Shown: positions 20,487 to 30,161 of the stretch, one piece after another
How the letters are laid out: the number at the start of each line of letters is the position of its first letter
Numbering within the stretch: position 1 is the first letter of the stretch
DNA from: Salpingoeca rosetta
Taxonomy: Eukaryota > Protista > Choanoflagellata
Assembly (NCBI GenBank): GCA_033442325.1
Contig: JAWQFM010000006.1
Coordinates: forward strand, 2,149,386 to 2,213,385
Direction: 5' to 3'
DNA length: 64,000 nucleotides
Notes under the pieces: model-generated
Database searches by the model: none
What the model was told of the DNA's origin: nothing
The model's input: the letters and a program-made list of their open reading frames with translations, nothing else
Made by a program: the position numbers and the translations under genes

Positions 20487-23400
20487 TTACTCAGTGCTGT
20501 CGACAAAGGACACGACCTGCACTGTCGTGTGCGCCTTGCTGGGCTGTGATGCTGTTGGGTGTGGCGGTGGCGGCGGCGATGATGACAACGGCTTGGCGCG
20601 TGTCTCTTCTCCCTGCCCCTGCTCCTGCTCCCCCTGCTCCTCCTCGATCATGAGGTCGTCGACGCTGGCTGGCGTCGTGCGGCCCGGGCTGTGCGCCATC
20701 AGCGCCTGATATCCGCCCCCCTTCTTGATGCTGCCCCGCCAGAAGAGTGCAAGCTCCCCGCGCAACCACGCAGCCAGCGGCAGTGCAATCAGCAGCGACG
20801 GCGACAGGTACAGCAGGGCGGGCTGGGCCATCCTCATCGTCGCAAGCGCAACGTACGTGGCCGCGAGCCCTGGTGTTAAGAGGTTGGCGGTGACATGAGC
20901 GACGTGTAAGTGGACGTGTAAATGCGGCTGTGGGTGGCCGTGGTGGGAGCAGAAATGCAAATTGAGAGACAGACAACCAGACACACGCAGGCACAGACAC
21001 AGACAAACACACATACACACACAGACAGACATACACACACACACACACACGCACAACACAAAGCAGAGCGCTCCTCTCTACAGTGCACCTGCCGCTGACC
21101 GAATGTGTAGGCGGCGAGGGCGGTGAGGAAGTAGGCGTGGCGCTGTGCAAAGGAGAGCGCGCCTCCGACTGACGTGGTGCGGTGCGCATCGTACACGGCG
21201 CAGTACACGACCGCCAGGCCCGGGATGATGATGTCGCCAAAGCCAAGCAGTGATTCGCCCCTGCACCGTGGCCGTGGACAGTGGTCGGTGGTGTTGATGG
21301 TGGCAGTAGTTGAGCGGTGTTGATAATTGCAATGACAAGGATGCAACACACACAAACACACACACACACACACTCAAGCAGACTGACAGACTGACAGACA
21401 GACACCAGCACTGACTTGAAGCAGCTTGCAAAGAGGCGGGGCACGCGCAGGGTGAGGGGAAGCTGTTCAGAACTCGTACCGCCACCCTGGTCACAAGAAG
21501 CGCGAGTATGCAGGCAGGGGATGAGGTAGGGTGGTTAAGGTGGCCAAAGGGACAGGAGACAAGGATGGAAGCAGCATACAATTGCAGCATGAGCAGTACA
21601 GCAAGCACATGCACATAGACACAGACGCGCACACATGCACATGCACATAGACACAGACGCGCACACATGCACATGCACACACACACACACACGCACACAC
21701 ACACACACACCGTTGCGGCCTTGACCATGACCGAGTCGTTGTCCTTTGTGAGATACGGGGTGATGAAGACGAAGAACACGTCGTACAGCAGAAACCCAAA
21801 CAGCAGCGCTGCCGTCACCCGATATGAGGGCGTCCGCAGCGACTGCAGCACAGAGATGATAAACGCCAGCCCGAGAACGTCTTGCAGCGCCCAGGCATAA
21901 GGCTCGTGGCGAACAACCACCCACCACGTCGCAATGCTGACGGCCGCAATGCAGAGAGAGAGAGGTTGCGTTGTGGGGGTGAATTGGGACGGGCAGGTGG
22001 AGGAGGAGGATGTGGTGATGATGGTAAAAGCAACATGGATGGGTTTCGTCAGAGGACAGACGCATGTGTGTGTGTGTGTGTGTTTGTTTGTGTGTGTGTG
22101 TGTTTGTTTGTGTGTGTGTGTGTGCGTGTGTGTGCGAGCGTGTGTTTGTGGTCATTCGTTCATGATGTCAATCGCATGCCGTGGTATGCGCCAACACTGG
22201 TCACAGTGCAGTGCACACCTAGCGGCGAAGAGAAACGTGACCGCAGCGTAGATGGAGGCAGCGCCAAGCTTTGGGATGGTGAACGTGGACGCGAGCGGGC
22301 CGGATGTTGGCTCCATCAACAGCAGCAGCCGCTGAAGCGCAAATGTCGACGACAGCATAAACAGTGCAATCACAACATACACAAGATACTGCACACCACA
22401 GCAACAACGACAGTTGAATCGGTTGGGGAGAGATGAGCGGAAGGGATGGGTTTGGCAATGCAGACGTTTACCACACGGCCGTGTGTGCATGTGTGCGTGC
22501 GTGCGTGCGTGCGTGCGTGCGTGTGTGTGTGTGTGTGTGCACGTGTTGTCGAGCCACCGACACCAGCGACAGCCTTACAAAGGGCGGAGTACGCTATCAC
22601 ACCGAGGCTGTGGCCAACACAGGCACGCACGCACAACAACGTCGTACTTGACACCGGCGCAGGAGAGGTTGTAGCGGTAGGGAAGGTGCGGGTTGGCGAA
22701 ACGGACCACCTCCTGTCTGCGAATGGACGACACCTCCTCCGCTGTACACATGCACGGGCGCAGGTGGTTGAGGCGCTTGACCCGGCCAAGTACCTGTCGA
22801 TGGTGGTGGTGGTGGTGGTGGTGATTGGGGGTCAGGGGAAGGGTGTAAAAACGAGGAACGCACAAAGCACGAGACACAACCGACAAGAAGAAGAAGAAGA
22901 AGAAGAAGAAGAAGAAGAAGAAGAAGAAGAAGAAGAAGAAGAAGAAGAAGAAGAAGAAGAAGAAGAAGAAGAAGAAGAAGAAGAAGAAGAAGAACAAGAA
23001 GAACAAGAAGAAGAAGAAGAAGAAGAAGAAGAAGAAGAAGAAGAAGAAGAACAAGAAGAACAAGAAGAAGAAGAAGAAGAAGAAGAAGAAGAAGAACAAG
23101 AAGAACAAGAAGAAGAAGAAGAAGAAGAAGAAGAAGAAGAAGAAGCGTGGCGGTTCGCCACACGAAGAAGGGCCCCACAGATATGAGCTTAGTTGCGTTT
23201 GCAGGCAGGCAGGCAGGCAGACAGACAGACAGACAGACAGACACACGCACCTGCTTTGTTTCATTCCAGGCCCAGCAGCCGGCAAAGATGAGGCAGAACC
23301 ATGCAGCGAGGAAGAAGACGAAGAAGTTTTCATCAAAGGAGCGCACGGTGGTAGCCTTGAAGGCAGCCTCCACGGTTGTATTGGCGGCAAAGGAGAAGAG

Positions 23401-23518
23401 GTCAAGGTCCTGCTCGTCAATCATCATCACGGGGACGCCGCCCAGGCGGTAGTCGCTCGCATTCGCAGCAATTGGCTCCGTCTGTCGTGGGAGCAGGTGG
23501 TGAACAGTGTGCGTGCGT

Positions 23519-23569
<51 letters not shown>

Positions 23570-23663
23570 GGGAGGGGAGGAATGTCGCGATGAGTGCGCG
23601 TAATGTGATGGCCAACCGCCACCTCTTCTTGGTGGCCACAATGACACAGCTGTGTGCGAGTGC

Positions 23664-23694
<31 letters not shown>

Positions 23695-24665
23695 TGTGTG
23701 TGTGTGTGTGTATGTGTGTGTGTGTATGTGTGTGTGTGTGTGTTTGTGTGTGAGTCAGGACGAACCAGTGCGCCATCGGAGACGATGACAACGGCCACGG
23801 CTCCAAACTCAACGGCGCCGAGCACTTTGGTGCTGAAGAAGCAGTTGCCTCGCTCAAACACAGCGATCCGCCCTTTTGAAGCAGCGGCAGAAACAATGTG
23901 CGTCAGTAATGCATGTGTAAACACGAGTGAGCGAGTCGGACTGAAGCAGCGGACATACAGACACAGACAGACGCATACACGCACATGCACACACACAGTC
24001 ACACAGACGCGCACAGACGCACACAGACGCGTACACGCACATGCACACACACACAGATGCACAGACACAAAGACAGACACACACAGACACACACAGACAC
24101 ACACAGACACACAGACACACACACACACACAACAATGATGCCTATCACTCACCGTTCAGATCAGGGCCGTTGGAAATGTCGACGGTGTCATTGACGGTGC
24201 AGCCCATGGGCGGATCCACCAACGCAATCTCTTGCTGCACGAAGCAGCAGCAGCAGCAGCAGCATGTCATTCGTAGACACCAGCGTCAGCCAAAGTACGA
24301 TACATGCGATCAAGCACACAACCAGCACTCCCCTCAACTGCCTCGCCCTATCTGCTATGCATCCCCCCTCAATCGCTGACACAAACCACAAACCAAAACA
24401 ACAAGCGATCGCGACGCGATTTGGTTCGGCGTACCGTGCGAGACCAGGTGTTGTTGAGCGGTGCCCAGTCTTGCTCATACAACGAGCAGACGCGCTTCTG
24501 CGCCCCAGTCTGTGTGTCAGTGACAACAAGGCGGCCAACCTGTGCATTTACGCCAAGCGCCGAGAAGCTCCCCACCACCACCATCGCCATCATCATCGCC
24601 GCCACGACAGGAACCACCATCCTTGCCAGGCCGGCTGGTTGTCGTGCAACATTCCGCCTCGTCAT
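20487..24665 (-). CDS. SPPL2: Signal peptide peptidase-like 2 (A22B aspartyl intramembrane protease with PA domain)
   Basis: Signal peptide, PA domain (KGRIAVFERGNCFFSTKV), catalytic LLYDVFFVFITP and LLGFGDIIIPG, QPALLYL, stop TAA at 20487-20489. One TM-encoding exon appears to be missing (see findings). Confidence 0.9.
22884..23145. repeat. (GAA)n tract with GAACAA interruptions, about 260 bp, within the SPPL2 gene span
   Basis: Seen directly. Confidence 0.97.
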
Positions 24666-25028
24666 CGTCTGTCTTGTTGCTTGTTCTTCGGTGTTAATTG
24701 TGCATGGAATTTCGGCACCAGCGACAAAAAGCGAAAGGGAACAAGGCAAGCAGCAAGCCAGCGTGGTGGTGGCGGTGTCAACCCGTTCAAGGCAGCACCA
24801 GGGTCGGGGACGAGCGCTCAAGGCGGCCAAACGTGCCAGCATACAGGCTGAACCTCACGCGACACTAATGCAAAGCACCACACACAAGCACACACAGACA
24901 GACAGACACACACAGACACTCACACACACAGACACTCACACACACAGACACAAGCACACAGACACTCACACACAGACACACAGACACACAGACACACACA
25001 GACAGACACACACACAGACACACACACG

Positions 25029-27002
25029 TTAATCGTATGAGGCCTTGTAGAGGCACACGTTCTTTCCTTCAAAGGGAAGCTCCACACGAACAATCCCGGG
25101 TGCAAGGGACTGCAGGTACTCTACAAGCTGCAGGTGCGTGTGCACGCGCTTTCCATTGGGCAGCCGCCGGGTCGGGAACTCCCGCGCGTACACGCAGCAC
25201 GGCACCACGGCAAACGGCTTGCGGTGGCGAAGGGCAAACTTGACAAGGTGCTCCGCTGCCTGGTCCGGGTGCAGGCCAACCACCACAGACGCCGAAAGCA
25301 CCGCTTGCCGCGCCTCCTCATAGTCGCGCAACTCAGCAATAAATGCACTCTCCTCGGCGTCATCATGCATGTGGCCATCGGTGGCGTTGTGCGGGCTCGG
25401 ATGACTGTTGTCACCATCCTTGTCATCAGCTACCCCCTCGTTCTCCGCAGCGCTGTTGCCTGCATCATCATCATCATCTCCATCATCATCATCACCACCA
25501 CCACCACCATCATCATCTCCATCATCACTCTCGTCACCGTCGCTCGCCTCATCATTACTGTTGTCAGCGTCACTGTTGTCAGCATCACTCGCGTCCTCCT
25601 TGCCACTCTCCTTATTGTCAGCCCCGTCTTGCCCGCCCCTATGTTCTCCTTCCTCGTGCCCATCTCGCTGAACAGTTGTGGTGTCCTCGCCACCACTCCC
25701 TTCATCCATGTCAAACACGTCCATAAACGGCACACCATCATCATCTTCTTCCTCATCCTCATCTTTCTCGCCTTTCTCCCCCAACACCTGCTGCTGCTGC
25801 TGCTGTTTCCTCTTCCTCTCCTCCTCTTCTTCCTGCTGCTGCACCCGCCTCAGCTCTGCAATGGCCTCCTCTGGCGTCATGCCGCTTGCCAGTGCCTCCT
25901 TCCATATGCGACCAAGCTTTCGCCCGCGTCGCCGCCGCGCACGCTTCGTCTCGCTTCGCGGCGCCTTGTGCTTCCGTCCAACAACAGCGCCCTTCTCGTG
26001 CAGGCCACTGCGGTCCCACGTGAGGATCCGTGCCGCAGCCACACTCTCCTGCCACGCGGTCTCGTCGCGCAGGCACAGGGGGAGGCCGCTGTCTTCCTGT
26101 TCTTCTTCCTGTTCTTCCTCTTCTGCTTGTTCTTCCAACGGCATTTGGAACAGGGAGCGCACGTGCAAGATGCGGCACTCTGTGTGCTGCATGGATGCAG
26201 TTGGCGTCTTGAACTTGGTGTAGTTGAGGAAGAGCGGGTTCTGGTGGTAAGCGCCCTTCCGCATGCGTCGAACAAACCGCTCCAGGGACATGGCGCGCGG
26301 CTCCACAGAGACCGCCGGGATGCCGCACAGGCGCGTGAGCTCAAAGCTCACCTCCCCTTTGCCGGCAGCAACGTCGAGCACGCCAGAGCCAGACATGAGC
26401 GTGTGCCAGCCAAACGTGTCAATGATGAAGCGGCGAAACACGGAGCTCCGCGCTTTGTTGCGCACCAGGTTGCGCTTGCCCTTGCCGCGGTTCTGGATGG
26501 GCGCCTCCACTTCGCCGTGTCTGTTTGGTTTGGCCCGTGCTTCTCGCCGCGCGCGTTCGCTGACCAGCCGCTCGCGCACCGCTGCGCCAAGCTCCTCAGG
26601 GTGGGAGAAGATGCACCTTTCTCGCCCCAGGCACGTGCCGCGCTGCTTCCAGTGCTTACACAGCGGAGGCACAAGCTCGCTTTCGGGCACGCCCGCCTGT
26701 GCTGCAGCACACTGCACGTGCACCCACGGTCGTCGCATGCGCACCCCACGCGGCTTCTTGCCGATGCTGGTGTTGGGGGTAGTGGTGGCGGTGTTTGTGG
26801 TGGTGGTGGTGGTGTTGGTGCCTTTGTGCTTCTGGTGTCGCTGCTCGCCATGATGATTGTTCTCCGAGGTTGCTGCGCCCTTGTTCGGTTGCGACCCTTG
26901 CACATACACGGGCTCGAGCTCTCCTGGCCAGATGCGGTCTCCAGGCTTCACGTCGCCAGCGCACAGCTTGCACACGCCAGCATACCTGGCCTCCATCGCC
27001 AT
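25029..27002 (-). CDS. Intronless CCCH zinc-finger plus class I SAM-dependent methyltransferase-like protein (probable RNA MTase)
   Basis: Within the 742-aa ORF; likely start MAMEARY at 27002. CCCH finger CKHWKQRGTCLGRERCIFSH, SAM motif I VLDVAAGKG, VEPR, then VVGLHPDQAAEH and FAVVPCCVY, with a long acidic insert in between. Confidence 0.8.
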   Translation of the reverse strand: MAMEARYAGVCKLCAGDVKPGDRIWPGELEPVYVQGSQPNKGAATSENNHHGEQRHQKHKGTNTTTTTTNTATTTPNTSIGKKPRGVRMRRPWVHVQCAAAQAGVPESELVPPLCKHWKQRGTCLGRERCIFSHPEELGAAVRERLVSERARREARAKPNRHGEVEAPIQNRGKGKRNLVRNKARSSVFRRFIIDTFGWHTLMSGSGVLDVAAGKGEVSFELTRLCGIPAVSVEPRAMSLERFVRRMRKGAYHQNPLFLNYTKFKTPTASMQHTECRILHVRSLFQMPLEEQAEEEEQEEEQEDSGLPLCLRDETAWQESVAAARILTWDRSGLHEKGAVVGRKHKAPRSETKRARRRRGRKLGRIWKEALASGMTPEEAIAELRRVQQQEEEEERKRKQQQQQQVLGEKGEKDEDEEEDDDGVPFMDVFDMDEGSGGEDTTTVQRDGHEEGEHRGGQDGADNKESGKEDASDADNSDADNSNDEASDGDESDDGDDDGGGGGDDDDGDDDDDAGNSAAENEGVADDKDGDNSHPSPHNATDGHMHDDAEESAFIAELRDYEEARQAVLSASVVVGLHPDQAAEHLVKFALRHRKPFAVVPCCVYAREFPTRRLPNGKRVHTHLQLVEYLQSLAPGIVRVELPFEGKNVCLYKASYD

Positions 27003-27065
27003 CTCGGTTGGTGGTGCACGAGGTGGTGTGGATTTGCGTTTTGTTGCTTGCTTGGGAGGAGGAAG

Positions 27066-29098
27066 ATGGACGCTGATGACAGTGGCGGTTGTTGTGGCGT
27101 GTTTGTGGGCGCAGGTGAATGTGCAGTGGTTGTTGGTGCGGGAAAGGCTGGTGCTGTTGGGCACGGGGGCGACAGCAGTGGGGGCAGGCGCATTCACGTT
27201 GTGTACGAGGCAGCGACAGATGTTGTGCAGGCAGTGCCAGCGCCTCGACGGCACCACATACCAGTGAAGCCAGGTAAAGTGAGTGAGTGAGTGAGTGAGT
27301 GCGTGAGTGAGTGAGTGAGTGAGTGAGTGAGTGAGTGAGTGAGTGAGTGAGTGAGTGAGTGAGTGAGTGAGTGAGTGAGTGAGTGCGTGTGTGTGTGTAT
27401 GTGTGTGTATGTGCGTCGCTCACTGGGGTGGCTGGTTGTATTACCAGCACGTCGCTTGCGTCTCTTCCCCTCACCGCTGGCTCGCTGCCAACACTAACTC
27501 TCTGCTGGCACCACCTTGACTTCCTCCGCCTCTGCCTATCTACTGACGCACACACATCTCCGATACGATACAATGACAGGTGAGGTGGTGCTGCAACTAA
27601 CCTCCCCATCCCCTCGACAGCTCCTCGTCGTGACAACCCCAAAGGACAAGACCACTCACAAGAAGGCCGCCGTCATCATCGTACGGCGCTACAAGCTCTC
27701 AGCCACTGGAGTACACGAGCTCATTCATTCATACGAGTGCGCAGCAGCAGCAGCCACGTCGCTGAAGGTGTACGCTCTGCACAACAGATTCGTCTCGTTC
27801 TGCTGTGCTTGAGGGGTAGTCACGTCAATGCACTGCCACGCACCACCTCACACGCGCGTTCGATCCTTTCCGCGATTGCAGGTGCGCGCCATTGGCCACG
27901 GCTATGCCGCTCTTGACGATTGCACGCTCCTCGGACCGCAGCAAGGTGTGCACGCAAGGGAACGTGTGTGAGATTGTCCATGCGTGCGAGAGAGCGTGAA
28001 GTGGCGTTGTGTGTGTGTGTGTATATGTGTGTGGATGTGCTTTTCTATGTCGCTCTGTCTGTCTCTGTTTCTGTCGTTCTCTCACTCTCTCACTCTCTCA
28101 CGCACACTCACATGCACATGTACAAACGTACACGCATGCTCGCTGGCTTCCTTTGTCTTGTGTGCACTGTGGCTTCATAGCGCTTCACCTGGACGCATCT
28201 GTCAAGAAGGTCGCTGCCGCCTCGCCTGCCCTTGCTCACTTTGCAGTGCCATCAAGGCACCCGACAGGTACCCCGCGCATGAACTCACAACACAACACAA
28301 CACAACACAACACAACACAACACAACACAACACAACACAACACAACACAACACAACACAACACAACACAACACAACACAATACACACACACCATCCCCCC
28401 CCCCCTCTCATATCACAACATGTGCGCTTGCCGTTTTGCTTCAGCGCCGCTCGTGCTGTGTTCGACGGCTGCCGACGAATGGGCACTCCTTGACGGTGCG
28501 TGTGGCAACCCTGTGTGCAACGCATGTGTCATTGACACGTGGCTCTCCCTCCTGCCCACCTCTCATCTCTCTCACTCTCACACACATACACTCACACCAT
28601 CATTCTCCCCCCATCTCCCCTCCCCCCAAACACACACTCCCTCTTCCGCCCATACATCTTTGCAGTGGTGGCTGGTGACCACGTGGCTTCGGTGATTCCG
28701 CGTGACTATGCGGCACACACGCTCCAAGTCGTGTGCTCCTTATCTCCACCGCGTCTGTGCCTCCTCACAACCCTCAGCCAGGTATAGCCCCATGTGAACC
28801 CGGATGAACCTTAGATGTAAGCATGCACATGCACGCGTGCTTCCTTGTTGATCAAGCGACACGGAACAGCGAACCCGCCGCTCACATTCTCACTGACGCC
28901 GTTGTGCTGGTTGATAGGCGGTGTTGCTGTCCCCACAAGGTGTCATTCGCGTGATTTCACTCGCCCAACCGCCAGGCTCCCTCTATTGTGCTTCCACTAC
29001 CTTCATTCATCAGTCTACCCAGGAGGGCCTGACATGCTTCTCAGCGTCGACAGGGTGCGCGCGCGCGTGTGTGTATGCGTGTGTGCATGCGTGTGCGT

Positions 29099-29146
<48 letters not shown>

Positions 29147-30077
29147 GCGTTCATCCGTGCGGTTAGAAATAATTGCTGTTCCATACAGTCTGCAGCTTGC
29201 AACATGCACTGCAACCTCACACGACGCCATGGCTGGCTGCTGCTGTACAGCACTACGTTGATACCAAGCGACACCATCCCTTCAGGACGCATCCTGTGCA
29301 CCGGCCACACAGCAAATCTTGAAGCAGGCGTTTGCCTTTACTCACGGGGTCAGTCGGTTCAGCGCAATCAGAAACGCATGTGTCGCCACCTCGCACCCAG
29401 GCAACCACGCTCTCACATCAACACACACACACACACACACACTCACTCACTCGCACGCTCACACACACACACTCTCTCTCTCTAACCCCACCCTCCAACC
29501 ACCCACAGGCTCCATGCAGCCGATGCTGCTTCCGCTGTCCGCGCTGCTGCAGTGTGCAGCTGCACCAGTTTCGGCTGATGGGGAGTCACCGCCATCACAG
29601 TTCCACGACGCCATCGCCCGAAAACTTGCCGTGGACCAGGACACGCTTTCACGCACGCGCACGCTCAACGCACGCAAGCAACAGCTCCTGGCGCAGGCAT
29701 TTGACACGTCGCTGTGTTCGTCGTTGTCAGCTGATGCAGCACCTGCACGCGCATTTGTCCGCACAGCGGCGAGACGGACCGACACCAGGCCGCAACGAAG
29801 ACAGCAGCAGTGGCAGGAGGCTCAGCTCGTTACGTGCAACGATGGCGATGTTGTGTCGGAGCGAACAAAGCAAGGCACATGGCGGGTGGGGGGTGGTGGA
29901 CAGCGAGTGCATGGTGATGAACGACCGGATTTACTGCACAAGACGCGGACCACACAGGCAAGAAGTGTCATTCAAGTGTGCAAAGAGTTGAAGCATGGGC
30001 GAGTTCGAGGCAGTGCGCTGATAAAACTCTTGCGAGTTGCGCAAGAAGCAAAAGCCCAAGTAAAGGAACAACATTAA
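27066..30077 (+). CDS. Nine-exon protein of about 510 aa; candidate FANCB-like (beta-rich region plus coiled coil)
   Basis: All junctions phase-consistent: 27066-27273, 27580-~27767, ~27882-27945, 28181-28267, 28445-28495, ~28666-28781, ~28918-29054, 29251-~29348, ~29509-30077. Colinear resemblance to recalled human FANCB: VIPRDYAAHTLQVVC..LCLLTTLSQAVLLSPQGVIRVISL vs [48 protein letters not shown] vs GTEQVLLL; AIARKLAV..RKQQLLAQAF vs PLETGLKV..LKEKIISKSY. The gene model is solid; the identity is tentative. Confidence 0.5.
28286..28380. repeat. (CACAA)n pentanucleotide microsatellite, intronic
   Basis: Seen directly. Confidence 0.95.
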
Positions 30078-30161
30078 CGGCAAGAACGACTTGAACATGA
30101 AACAACAAAGTGTGGCACGAAAAGACACACAAGCGAAAACAAAACAACACTCAGAACGCAT

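Noticed and set aside
22446-23622. Poly-E (+) and poly-F/poly-L (-) ORFs
   Set aside because: Readings of the (GAA)n tract. I considered poly-L as the missing SPPL2 TM segment, but it is about 87 residues long and lacks convincing splice sites.
27003-27257. Upstream extension of the 742-aa methyltransferase ORF
   Set aside because: Non-ATG start overlapping the first exon of the + strand gene.
25134-27290. 718-aa + strand ORF
   Set aside because: Antisense shadow of the methyltransferase CDS; only 27066-27273 is a real exon.
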